From the NCBI GenBank assembly GCA_002269645.1, contig NIVC01002458.1, positions 1 to 27,983 on the forward strand: a stretch of 27,983 nt of DNA. The letters are read 5' to 3'. Position numbers and translations under genes: made by a program. The DNA is from Macrostomum lignano. Its lineage: Eukaryota. The notes below the pieces were generated by a model. It was given only the letters and a program-made list of their open reading frames with translations, made no database searches and had not been told where the DNA came from. Below, one piece after another: positions 9,659-21,120 of the stretch; position 1 is the first letter of the stretch; the number at the start of each line of letters is the position of its first letter.

Positions 9659-10290
9659 TAGGGGTTAGCAAACTCCAGCCCGCGTGCCATATGCGGCCTT
9701 TGGGGTCCTTTGAAACTTCACCATTGCAATCCGGCCCCGCCTAAGGTTTGTGGCTCTTCTAAGCTCTCTCAGCCTTCTCTCCTCTCCCTTCTCTCCTCTC
9801 CCTTCTCTCCTCTCCCTTCTCTCCTCTCCCTTCTCTCCTCTCCCTTCTCTCCTCTCCCTTCTCTCCTCTCCCTTCTCTCCTCTCCCTTCTCTCCTCTCCC
9901 TTCTCTCCTCTCCCTTCTCTCCTCTCCCTTCTCTCCTCTCCCTTCTCTCCTCTCCCTTCTCTCCTCTCCTTCCTCTCCCTTCTCTCCCTTCTCTTCTCTC
10001 CCTTCTCTTCTCTCCCTTCTCTCCTCTCCCTTCTCTCCCTTCTCTTCTCTCCCTTCTCTTCTCTCCCTTCTTCTCTCCCTTCTCTCCCTTCTCTTCTCTC
10101 CCTTCTCTTCTCTCCCTTCTTCTCTCCCTTCTCTCCTCTCCCTTCTCTCCCTTCTCTTCTCTCTCTTCGTCTCTCCCTTCTCTCCTCTCCCTTCTTCTCT
10201 CCCTTCCCTCTTGTGCATTCTACCATCTATTCCCTCCTCTCTTTCCCTTCCTCTGGGCCAGCCCTTGAGTTAAAAAGTTTGCAACCCCTG
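9659..10290. mobile_element. Non-autonomous hAT (Charlie/Buster-like) DNA element
   Basis: Left end TAGGGGTTAGCAAACT..CAGCCCGCGTGCCATATGCGGCC and right end AAAAAGTTTGCAACCCCTG form an imperfect ~15-bp TIR resembling the CAGGGGTCGGCAAACT...GGCCCGCGGGCC / AAGTTTGCCGACCCCTG ends of Charlie-type MITEs. Both 8-bp flanks have a central TA (ctgTAgga, attTAgcg) but are not identical. Confidence 0.7.
9770..10250. repeat. Nearly pure polypyrimidine 14-bp repeat (ttctctcctctccc) inside the hAT element
   Basis: About 480 bp of almost only C/T on the + strand. Confidence 0.97.
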
Positions 10291-10416
10291 ATTTAGCGAT
10301 ACAGTTAGCAGTGCTAAAAGTAAGTAGTATATAGCGCGCGTGTTTTTTACCAAATTAATTTGTGCTTTTACAATATCAGCTGTGAGTTAATGTAGTTAAC
10401 TGAGAAGTTAGTTACT

Positions 10417-10704
10417 AAGGCCTGCTCAAGTACTAGGACGGAGGACTACGTTTCTTGGATTTTAGGAGGTTATTGATTTTAATGTAAATAAGACCCAATG
10501 TTTATCTTTTGATATGTCTTGCCTTGCTTATAGTTCTATTGATTTTCATAAAGCTTTTCATTTAGAAAGTTAGTAGGGTTCTAAATTAGGCGCTGGAAAA
10601 ATGAAAACCTCCATTCTCCGTAATAATGTATTTCTTTGGTAAAACCGGCCTCCTAAAAAATCCCTAGAAACGTAGCTTCCCGTCCTCCTACTTGAGCAGC
10701 CCTT
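10417..10704. mobile_element. MITE-like element with ~55-bp imperfect terminal inverted repeats
   Basis: Left aaggcctgctcaagtactaggacggaggactacgtttcttggattttaggagg; reverse complement of right end aagggctgctcaagtaggaggacgggaagctacgtttctagggattttttaggagg. AT-rich non-coding interior. gttagtt occurs on both sides (10407-10413, 10705-10711). Confidence 0.7.
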
Positions 10705-11399
10705 GTTAGTTTACCTGTCTGTTAGCTCGATACGCAGAACTATCATGTAACAGGCTGCCTGTATCAAATATCAAGTAATTATAAACTTGAATACCAAATA
10801 AATACATTGTGCCTGTAACACACACACAATCAGCTCATTGTTGAAAATATGAATTGCCGATCTGTGAAGATGAATCTGGATGATGTTGTTTCTTTCCTCA
10901 TTTCCTGTGTTTAAAAGTGCAATTCATAAACTTGTAATTTATGAAATCACGTGCAGCCATGCCGCGTTATAAACAACTGCGAGCTGATTTCTGTCGTAAT
11001 GTCTATTTTTAAATTTGTTCCACGTTGTCTCCTCAGTTCCTCGGCCTGTTTGTTTTGCCCCTATTGCCAAGGCTAAGACCTGAACTAATTTGATTCGGTT
11101 TCCTTTCCGGGCTGAAACTGTGCGCTATTTTTTATTATTAGTCACTTAGTCACCATCTTGCAATCTGCTGTGCACTGTGCACGCCTGTACTGCATGGGAT
11201 TAGTGGGGGAAGGCAGCTTCTCTCTCTCTCGCTCTCTCTCAAACTATAATAAGGGCTTGAAAATGTCGTAAGTTCTATCTATATCTCGGGGATACAGCAT
11301 GTGACCGCCTGTCTTCTAATGTTCTTTTATTTCAGCTCCCTCTAAACTGCGCGCTGTTTTTTTAACTATAAGCAACAACGCGCTAAGTGCAAAGCGTGC

Positions 11400-12140
11400 C
11401 AGTTTTTGCATTGGCTGGCGCATACTATTCGATTATTTATAGACATGACGAACTTGGGCGTCACTCTTTAATCCGCCATTGAGCTGTTTTTCCTTAGCGT
11501 CTAAAGTCACCTACTAACAGTAGGATTATTTGCGCATCGCCTTGCCCTAGCCTGCTATTGGCTGGGAATGAGTTTGGTTTGGCCTTATTACAACAATCCG
11601 CATTGCCAGTTCCACGCCCCCATTTAAAACTCCTACGCACAGACAGGCCTTGCTGGGAACCAACCCCCCTCTTCCACCCCCTGCCCTGTTCTAATTCTCA
11701 CCCCACCCCACCCGCCCTAGCCTTGCAACTCAGACCCCTCCTTCCTCAGCCCGGCCGGGCCACCCCCACCCCCCTCCGGGGCCGGGCCCCCATATAATTT
11801 ATCGATCTTAAATGCCGGCACCCAGACAGACCCCCATAGGGCCTTCCGTTAAATGCGAGTAAAAACCCGGCTCGCTTGAAACTCGCTTCAGGGCCCCTCC
11901 TGTCTGTCCTTACCGGCGCCACCCACGCCTTTCAAACCTCCTCCATTGGCCACACCGCCACCCCGGCTGTGGGGTGCATTACAATTTAAATTATTCCCCC
12001 CCTTGACAGGAACTACCAGACAGACTTCGCTCTTAATATCGCGCTTAAGAACAAGACGTGTTGTATTTAGAGAGCTATATAAGCTATTTGGTTAAGGCTC
12101 TACTCATCTGTAGTTCTCTTACCCACCTCATTGGCACTCT
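11400..12140 (+). promoter_or_regulatory. Possible Src promoter region: four reverse CCAAT boxes and a GC-rich/G4 tract
   Basis: ATTGG at 11410, 11557, 11945 and 12130; ccccaccccacccgccc at 11701-11717. Motif presence only. Confidence 0.3.
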
Positions 12141-12261
12141 GCCATTGCCACTCACCAGGCAGGCATTTTCCTAGTTTCCTTTAAACAACTTGACGCTGCT
12201 TTGTCCAGGAAGGATTCATTCAGCAACGCAACACTTCGGCTAGAAGGCATCATCGCGCAGG

Positions 12262-12722
12262 ATGGGTGGCTGCGTATCGCGTCAAAGCGGCGAATGCGAC
12301 GGCGCTGTTGATTTCGACTGCGCCCCAATGCCGCAGCCGCTTGCCGCTAATGGACAAGCCAGCTCGAACCGGCTCAACTCTGAGCCGGAGCTGCATCAGA
12401 GACTGGAGCAGCAGATTGCGCTATTCAGACAGTCCAATTCTAGTCAGCAACTGTGCCAGTCCAGGCCCCGTTCCTCCAATACAACACCTGTGCCGCTCAT
12501 TGTCAGCCACAATAATAATAATAATAGTTCGTCATCTTCTCGAGCTTCATCTTTGAAGAAGCTGCACCAGGTTAGCAGCAACGGTCTGCAACAGCTGGCT
12601 CAGTGCCAACAGCAGCAGCAGCAGCAATCCACTCGGATTGTGGCGAAATTCGATTACAGTGCACGGACTGAGGATGAAATCACATTCTGTGCTGGCGATG
12701 TCATGTACCTCATCAACGCTGT
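12262..12722 (+). CDS. Src42A: Src42A/FRK-type tyrosine kinase exon 1: SH4 myristoylation site, unique domain, start of SH3
   Basis: MGGCVS (Gly2, Cys4, Ser6), low-complexity N/S/Q unique region, then IVAKFDYSARTEDEITFCAGD (SH3 start). Donor GT|GTGAGT at 12723, phase 2. Confidence 0.88.
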
Positions 12723-12774
12723 GTGAGTTCTGGCTTGCTTAATTAATGCCTTTAGCCTAATTGTCCAATCTAAG

Positions 12775-13470
12775 TCTAACCTAATCTCTCCTGTCTCTCA
12801 GCCTAATCTCCCCTGTCTCTCAGCCTAATCTCCCCTGTCCCTTAGCCTAATCTCCCCTGTCCTTAGCCTAATCTCCCCTGTCTCTCAGCCTAATCTCCCC
12901 TGTCTCTCAGCCTAATCTCCCCTGTCCCTTAGCCTAATCTCCCCTGTCTCTTAGCCTAATCTCCCCTGTCCCTTAGCCTAATCTCCCCTGTCCCTTAGCC
13001 TAATCTCCCCTGTCTCTCAGCCTAATCTCCCCTGTCTCTTAGCCTAATCTCCCCTGTCTCTTAGCCTAATCTCCCCTGTCCTTAGCCTAATCTCCCCTGT
13101 CCTTAGCCTAATCTCCCCTGTCCCTTAGCCTAATCTCCCCTGTCTTAGCCTAATCTCCCCTGTCCCTGTCCCTTAGCCTAATCTCCCCTGTCTCTTAGCC
13201 TAATCTCCCCTGTCCCTTAGCCTAATCTCCCTGTCTCTAGCCTAATCTCCCCTGTCTTAGCCTAATCTCCCTGTCCTTAGCCTAATCTCCCCTGTCTCTT
13301 AGCCTAATCTCCCCTGTCCCTTAGCCTAATCTCCCCTGTCCCAGTGTCCCTTAGCCTAATCTCCCCTGTCTCTTAGCCTAATCTCCCCTGTCCCTTAGCC
13401 CAATCTCCCCTGTCTCTCAGCCTAATCTCCCCTGTCTCTTAGCCTAATCTCCCCTGTCCCTTAGCCTAAT
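12775..13470. repeat. 22-bp minisatellite (cctaatctcccctgtcccttag) in Src intron 1
   Basis: About 30 units starting ~55 bp after the donor. Confidence 0.96.
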
Positions 13471-13989
13471 CGAGATGCTTTGAAACCATTTTGGCACCAA
13501 TTTGATACTTGGCCTGCCAACGCATCAAATAGAAAAACAGGTTTGTTAGCAGATATGACTAATTCTCCTTAGAGTGGGAAACAGGTGAATTGCTTTGCTA
13601 CGAGGGAGTAGAGAGCATTCAAGCATGCAGCACAGCTCTGACTCTCAAACTGGCAGAAGAGACGAGCACAATGGTGAGCGGCAGTCGGCTTTTAGCTGCT
13701 TGGTGATCTATTCTCGCGTTACCTGGCAGTTTTTAGACAATCAATTCGGAGCATGAGTCTGCAGAATGGCTAAATTGGGAATTCATTGGGCTGTTGGGCA
13801 TGACTAGAAATGTGCTCAATACTGAATGGAATTGTATGTGGGCGGCCGGGTTGTGAATGCAGCTCACGATGCAGCTGATATCTCGATTAGGTTTCATTCT
13901 CTCCGCGTTTATTCAGTTTTCTATTTCTAATATTTCCACCACAATCTAGTTCCAAAGGTTATAACAATGGGTTAGTAGACACGATTATC

Positions 13990-14545
13990 TTAGAGACGGA
14001 GGTGAGGTGAGTGGGTTAGAGACGGTGAGGTGAGTGGGTTAGAGACGGAGGTGAGGTGAGTGGGTTAAGACGGAGGTGAGGTGAGTGGGTTAAGACGGAG
14101 GTGAGGTGAGTGGGTTAAGACGGAGGTGAGGTGAGTGGGTTATAGACGGAGGTGAGGTGAGTGGGTTAGAGACGGAGGTGAGGTGAGTGGGTTAAGACGG
14201 AGGTGAGGTGAGTGGGTTAGAGACGGAGGTGAGGTGAGTGGGTTATAGACGGGGGTGAGGTGAGTGGGTTAGAGACGGAGGTGATGTGAGTGGTTAGAGA
14301 CGGTGAGGTGAGTGGGTTAGAGACGGAGGTGAGGTGAGTGGGTTAGAGACGGTGAGGTGAGTGGGTTATAGACGGTGAGGTGAGTGGGTTATAGACGGAG
14401 GTGAGGTGAGTGGGTTAGAGACGGAGGTGAGGTGAGTGGGTTAGAGACGGTGAGGTGAGTGGGTTATAGACGGAGGTGAGGTGAGTGGGTTAGAGACGGT
14501 GAGGTGAGTGGGTTAGAAATGGAGGTGAGTGGGTAATGGGTTAGA
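13990..14545. repeat. 26-bp minisatellite (gagacggaggtgaggtgagtgggtta) in Src intron 1
   Basis: About 21 units. Confidence 0.96.
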
Positions 14546-15357
14546 GACGCACTGGGGAGATGAGAGCACAGAAGAGACACTGGGGTGAGATGAGAGCACA
14601 GAATACACACAGGGGTGAGATGAGAGCACAGAAGACACACTGGGGTGAGATGAGAGCACAGAATACACACGGGTGAGATGAGAGCACAGAATACACACAG
14701 GGGTGAGATGAGAGCACAGAAGACACACTGGGGTGAGATGAGAGCTCAGAAGACACACTAGGGTGAGATGAGAGCACAGAATACACACTGGGGTGAGATG
14801 AGAGCACAGAAGACACACTGGGGTGAGATGAGAGCACAGAAGACACACTGGGGTGAGATGAGAGCACAGAAGACACACTGGGGTGAGATGAGAGCACAGA
14901 AGACACACTGGGGTGAGATGAGAGCACAGAAGACACACTGGGGTGAGATGAGAGCACAGAAGACACACTGGGGTGAGATGAGAGCACAGAAGACACACTG
15001 GGGTGAGATGAGAGCACAGAAGACACACTGGGGTGAGATGAGAGCACAGAAGACACACTGGGGTGAGATGAGAGCACAGAAGACACACTGGGGTGAGATG
15101 AGAGCACAGAAGACACACTGGGGTGAGATGAGAGCACAGAATACACACTGGGGTGAGATGAGAGCACAGAAGACACACTGGGGTGAGATGAGAGCACAGA
15201 AGACACACTGGGGTGAGATGAGAGCACAGAAGACACACTGGGGTGAGATGAGAGCACAGAAGACACACTGGGGTTAGATGAGAGCACAGAAGACACACTG
15301 GGGTTAGATGAGAGCACAGAAGACACACTGGGGTTAGATGAGAGCACAGAAGACACT
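14546..15357. repeat. 30-bp minisatellite (cactggggtgagatgagagcacagaagaca) in Src intron 1
   Basis: About 27 highly homogeneous units directly abutting the 26-bp array. Confidence 0.97.
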
Positions 15358-16243
15358 AGAATTCAAATGGGACATTGCGCGCAGGAAACGAGTCAGACCA
15401 TGCAGGTCAGAATTGAAGATTTTTTGGCTGTCGTCCAACCAGGCCAGGCCGGCAAGCGAAAGCAGAAATTTTGCAAGTTTTTATTGCTGCTGTGGTGCCT
15501 GCGCTGTGCAGTTCTGTGCCCTCCCTGTCTCCTACCCATGTATAGAATCTGATGTATATATGTAGGCGTTCGCTCTTGATGTGCAGGGATTTTTAGATAC
15601 TGGTTCCTATAATGCAGTGCTGGCTAAGCCTGTAGAATAAGCATAGTACGCTCGAGTAGCAAAGTTCGATTTGAAAATATCTCATGGTTTTAAGATCCGT
15701 TTTGCAAACTTGCAAATTTAGTCCGTTTATTACACAACAAGCTGGTCTTAATCACGCTCTTTGTTCAATCATAAAAGCAAGTAATAGTCTTTGTCAAGCG
15801 GTGACGGTGTTTAGTCACTGGGTCGGGAGGGTCCACTTAACTACTTTTCTGCCTGTGAGGTGTGGCGATATTCTGGGGAAATCTTCTGAAAGCCGGGGAG
15901 TTCCGGGAGAGAAGCAGCAAGGGCCGCAAATGTTAATTCATTTGCTTTGTTATAACCTCTAACCTCTCCCCTCCTTCACAAAGCTATCGTTACGTGTCTC
16001 TGTATTACCGTCTTCTTGAACTTTACAGAACCATTTTTTATGAGTCATACATAAGGCCCCCCCTAGGATGCAGTCTACATAAAAATTTTCATACTGGTAT
16101 TCAGGCACAATAAAATGCTGTCACAATCACCTGCTGGCTAGGTAATAAAACTTGTTTCAAAATGCTGGGGGCTGACTGCTAGGTAATTCAAGTGCAAAAC
16201 TTATCATCATCATTCTGATGTTGCAGTGTTTTTTAATTTGCAG

Positions 16244-16342
16244 AGACCCGGTGTGGTGGTACGTTGAGCACAGGACCACTCGCTCCTGCGGCTACGCGCC
16301 CGTGGACCTGCTGGCTAAGGGCAACTCGCTGGACTCGAAATG
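16244..16342 (+). CDS. Src42A: Src-family kinase exon 2 (rest of SH3); not in the supplied ORF track in this frame
   Basis: Acceptor tttgcAG at 16242-16243. Reads DPVWWYVEHRTTRSCGYAPVDLLAKGNSLDSK. Donor TG|GTAAGA at 16343; phases match both neighbours. Confidence 0.88.
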
Positions 16343-16409
16343 GTAAGAGAGGTTTTTTAGGGGTCTTCGGACTGCTCCAGCCCTCCTTTGAGATGGATTT
16401 AGTTTTTCA

Positions 16410-17100
16410 TACTGAGGCATCACGCATCAGGGAGGGGGTAGCGGCGGCCACTGAAGCATCAGGGAGGGGGTAGCTGCGGCCACTGAAGCATCAGGGAGGG
16501 GGTAGCTGCGGCCACTGAAGCATCAGGGAGGGTAGCAGCGGCCACTGAAGCATCAGGGCCATCAGGGAGGTTAGCTGCGGCCACTGAAGCATCAGGGAGG
16601 ATAGCTGCGGCCACTGAAGCATCAGGGAGGTTAGCTGCGGCCACTGAAGCATCAGGGAGGTTAGCTGCGGCCACTGAAGCATCAGGGAGGTTAGCTGCGG
16701 CCACTGAAGCATCAGGGAGGTTAGCTGCGGCCACTGAAGCATCAGGGAGGTTAGCTGCGGCCACTGAAGCATCAGGGAGGTTAGCTGCGGCCACTGAAGC
16801 ATCAGGGAGGTTAGCTGCGGCCACTGAAGCATCAGGGAGGTTAGCTGCGGCCACTGAAGCATCAGAGAGGGTAGCAGCGGTCACTGAAGCATCAGGGCCA
16901 TCAGGGAGGTTAGCTGCGGCCACTGAAGCATCAGGGAGGGTAGCTGCGGCCACTGAAGCATCAGAGAGGGTAGCTGCGGCCACTGAAGCATCAGGGAGGG
17001 TAGCTGCGGCCACTGAAGCATCAGGGAGGGTGTTGCAGGGCGGCACATCTGAAGCATCAGGGAGGGTGTGGCGGGGCGGCACCCCCTGAAGCATCAGGGA
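16410..17100. repeat. 30-bp minisatellite (cactgaagcatcagggaggttagctgcggc) in Src intron 2
   Basis: About 23 units, homogeneous in the centre and diverged at the edges. Confidence 0.96.
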
Positions 17101-17679
17101 GGGGGTAGCGGCGTCAGCGCACTAAAAGATGAAGAGGGCAGGCAAATTCGCGGTTATCCATTCCCTGCAAAATTTTCAGGGCGCAAATTCCTTTGGGAGG
17201 GAAACACTTTCAAGCAAAACAGGCCGCAAGAACTGCTGAACACAGAGTTCCCAATGCGTTCTAGCAGTCGAAATCGTTTTTTTATGATTTCCGCCTTTTG
17301 TTTGTCTCTAGCAGCCTTCTTAACGCAGTGATGTTGATAGTGTCCAGGAACTGGGCAGGCACAGCTGTATTTCTTGCTGATCGCGACTGCAACTCACCCT
17401 GCGCTTCTTAGGAACCGCTCCCTGCTTTTCTCGGTGTATCAACTTGCCGGCTTGCGTGGCCATGTGGCCAGGGATTCAGTTTTAACTAGGGCTTTAGCTA
17501 GTTCTTTGTTTGTGTCACTGCGTTCCACTTTTTGTTTTTACAGTTAGTCAGGTTTTTTTTTAATTTTTTTGTATAAGTCCCATCTCGTATAATTGTATCG
17601 TTACTTAATTGCCTCTTTATTGGAAATGATTCTCCCCTAATTATTGGGGATATTGATGTGTCAATAATTTATACTCGTC

Positions 17680-19060
17680 TCCTGTGTTCCTGTCAGCTCA
17701 GGTGTCCCTGTCTGCTCAGATGTCCTTGTCTGCTCAGGTGTCCCTGTCTGCTCAGGTGTCCACGTCTGCTCAGGTGTCCCTGTCTGCTCAGGTGTCCCTG
17801 TCAGCTCAGGTGTTCCTGTCTGCTCAGGTGTTCCTGTCAGCTCAGGTGTCCCTGTCTGCTCAGGTGTCCACGTCTGCTCAGGTGTCCCTGTCTGCTCAGG
17901 TGTCCCTGTCAGCTCAGGTGTTCCTGTCAGCTCAGGTGTTCCTGTCAGCTCAGGTGTTCCTGTCAGCTCAGGTGTTCCTGTCAGCTCAGGTGTTCCTGTC
18001 AGCTCAGGTGTTCCTGTTAGCTCAGGTGTCCCTGTCAGCTCAGGTGTCCCTGTCAGCTCAGGTGTTCCTGTCAGCTCAGGTGTTCCTGTCAGCTCAGGTG
18101 TTCCTGTCAGCTCAGGTGTTCCTGTCAGCTCAGGTGTTCCTGTCAGCTCAGGTGTTCCTGTTAGCTCAGGTGTCCCTGTCTGCTCAGGTGTCCTTGTCTG
18201 CTCAGGTGTCCCTGTCTGCTCAGGTGTCCCTGTCTGCTCAGGTGTCCCTGTCTGCTCAGGTGTCCCTGTCAGCTCAGGTGTTCCTGTCTGCTCAGGTGTT
18301 CCTGTCAGCTCAGGTGTCCATGTCTGCTCAGGTGTTCCTGTTAGCTCAGGTGTTCCTGTCAGCTCAGGTGTCCCTGTCAGCTCAGGTGTTCCTGTCAGCT
18401 CAGGTGTCCCTGTCAGCTCAGGTGTTCCTGTCAGCTCAGGTGTCCCTGTCAGCTCAGGTATCCCTGTCAGCTCAGGTGTCCTTGTCTGCTCAGGTGTCCC
18501 TGTCTGCTCAGGTGTCCCTGTCACTGTCGGCTCAGGTGTCCCTGTCTGCTCAGGTGTCTCTGTCTGCTCAGGTGTCCCTGTCAGCTCAGGTGTTCCTGTC
18601 AGCTCAGGTGTTCCTGTCTGCTCAGGTGTCCCTGTCTGCTCAGGTGTCCCTGTCTGCTCAGGTGTTCCTGTCAGCTCAGGTGTTCCTGTCAGCTCAGGTG
18701 TTCCTGTCAGCTCAGGTGTCCATGTCTGCTCAGGTGTTCCTGTCAGCTCAGGTGTTCCTGTCAGCTCAGGTGTTCCTGTCTGCTCAGGTGTTCCTGTCTG
18801 CTCAGGTGTCCTTGTCTGCTCAGGTGTCCTTGTCTGCTCAGGTGTCCATGTCTGCTCAGGTGTCCCTGTCACTGTCGGCTCAGGTGTCCCTGTCTGCTCA
18901 GGTGTCCTTGTCTGCTCAGGTGTCCCTGTCACTGTCGGCTCAGGTGTCCCTGTCAGCTCAGGTGTCCCTGTCAGCTCAGGTATCCCTGTCTGCTCAGGTG
19001 TCTCTGTCTGCTCAGGTGTCCCTGTCTTCTCAGGTGTCCCTGCCTGCTCAGGTGTCCCTC
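17680..19060. repeat. 18-bp minisatellite (ctcaggtgt[c/t]cctgtc[t/a]g) in Src intron 2
   Basis: About 75 units. Source of the 507-aa and 423-aa artefact ORFs. Confidence 0.97.
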
Positions 19061-19099
19061 ACACTCTCAAAGAGCTACCAAAACTCCCCCAAATTTCAG

Positions 19100-19203
19100 C
19101 TGGTTCGCCGGACCCCTCGCCAGAAAAGAGGCCGAGAGACTCCTGCTCAGCGCGGAGAACCCGTCGGGCACCTTCATGATCAGAGAATCCAGCACAGTGC
19201 ACG
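19100..19203 (+). CDS. Src42A: Src-family kinase exon 3 (SH2, first half)
   Basis: Acceptor tttcAG at 19098-19099. Reads [34 protein letters not shown] (FLVRES-type motif). Donor G|GTGAGC at 19204. Confidence 0.92.
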
Positions 19204-20209
19204 GTGAGCTGAGGCCTCAACTCCCTTATCTCACTGGATCTGGCCCCTCGATATTATCTTCCTGTCTGTCTCTTTTAGCTATAACTTTCAATTGCCTGTT
19301 CTCTGTTTGCTTTTTTGTCATTGTGTGTGTGCTGTGCTTGCAATGATAGCATGCTGCCTCGCCGTAAGGAGACTTAGTGATAATGAGTAGATAGAGATAA
19401 GTTGCACTACAGGAAATGACTCTCAGCCATGCAGGTGAAGAAGAAATTAATTTAAATTGCCAATTTCTTGTCGACCTCTCTCAGCCAGTCTCTGTGTGTC
19501 TCTGTGTGCCGCCTGTTGCAGATGTTGTTGGCAGTGTGCCAGGTGTATGTAAGACTGCGCAAGCGCGTGGCTACTGTGCGGTGGGCGGCGGCGCGCATGT
19601 TAGAAACACGCGCCAGAATTCGGCACGAGAAGAGACGGGCAAGAGGCCGGCCTAGAAGAGTCGAGAGAGAGAGAGAGAGAGAGAGAAACTCCTTCAGAGA
19701 GACTTAGTGAATAATTTATCAGTGCAGCGCCCACACCTGTGCAGACAGGAAAGGCTGCGTTTATTCGATCTCTTAAATTTGGTTTCATTAGTTTTCAGTT
19801 GCGTGACGCTTTTAAAGCGCGTATTTTTAATTCATTAGGGAAACTTTTCTAGTCGTCGACATAAAATGCTCTTTGATCGTTTTGTTTGAAATTGAAGCGC
19901 AGGATTGTGCTTTAGCAAAATATGTTTCGCACTGTTCTCCCGTCTGTCTGGCCTGTGTCCTTCTAGGCTGTAAATTCTTACCAAAATCCACCCCACAGTC
20001 CCAGCAGTTGGTTTCAGGCTGGCACTTGAAGCTTTTTGTTGCGATTTCTGCGGGCACAGCTGCTGCGGTGGGCTGTGGGAGATAAAATTGCCTGCTGACA
20101 TTCACTGTGCGGCAGCGATGGGGCGGGACAGGGGAATCTAGTAGGTGTTGGAGACTGTGGGTGCACTGATGCTCTCTGACTGGCCGCACAGCTGTCACCT
20201 GTGTGCGTA

Positions 20210-20319
20210 TCTGTGTGTGTGTGTCTGTCTGTCTGTCTGTCTGTCTGCCTGCCTGCCTGTCTGTCTGTCTGTCTGTCTGTCTGCCTGCCTGCCTGTCTGT
20301 CTGTCTGTCTGTCTGTCTG

Positions 20320-20388
<69 letters not shown>

Positions 20389-20433
20389 GCCTGCCTGTCT
20401 GTCTGTCTGTCTGTCTGTGTCTGTCTGTCTGCC

Positions 20434-20476
<43 letters not shown>

Positions 20477-20553
20477 GTCTGTCTGTCTGCCTGTCTGTCT
20501 GTCTGTCTGCCTGCCTGTCTGTCTGTCTGTCTGTCTGTGTCTGTCTGTCTGCC

Positions 20554-20614
<61 letters not shown>

Positions 20615-20645
20615 TAGTGTCTGTCTGTCTGTCTTAGTGTCTTAG

Positions 20646-20722
<77 letters not shown>

Positions 20723-20753
20723 TAGTGTCTGTCTGTCTGTCTTTGTGTCTTAG

Positions 20754-20786
<33 letters not shown>

Positions 20787-20835
20787 GGTACAGTCTCTGT
20801 CTCAGCGAATGTGTCTGCTATACTGTATTTCTGTA

Positions 20836-20881
<46 letters not shown>

Positions 20882-20926
20882 GCCTGCCTGTCTGTCTGTC
20901 TGTCTGTCTGTGTCTGTCTGTCTGCC

Positions 20927-20969
<43 letters not shown>

Positions 20970-21046
20970 GTCTGTCTGTCTGCCTGTCTGTCTGTCTGTC
21001 TGCCTGCCTGTCTGTCTGTCTGTCTGTCTGTGTCTGTCTGTCTGCC

Positions 21047-21089
<43 letters not shown>

Positions 21090-21120
21090 GTCTGTATGTA
21101 TGCTTTCTCTGTCCTGTCTG
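20210..21120. repeat. (CTGT)n tetranucleotide microsatellite in Src intron 3
   Basis: About 900 bp with ctgc/gtgt/cttag interruptions and an internally duplicated block. Confidence 0.98.

Noticed and set aside
9710-10273. Leu/Ser-rich membrane-like and Glu/Arg-rich coiled-coil-like ORFs
   Set aside because: Translations of the C/T microsatellite.
14513-15356. 271-aa and 169-aa repeat ORFs
   Set aside because: Translations of the 30-bp intronic minisatellite.
15620-15675. Possible Pol III A-box (tggctaagc) and B-box (gttcgattt): tRNA or SINE head
   Set aside because: B-box is imperfect, I could not fold a cloverleaf, and no tail or TSD is visible.
17661-19207. 507-aa (+) and 423-aa (-) repetitive ORFs resembling mucin or surface repeat proteins
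   Set aside because: An 18-bp unit (multiple of 3) lacking stops inside a homology-defined intron. No start or splice context; open on both strands.
19827-20198. Overlapping non-repeat ORFs in Src intron 3
   Set aside because: No recognisable domain, open on both strands and short; consistent with chance.
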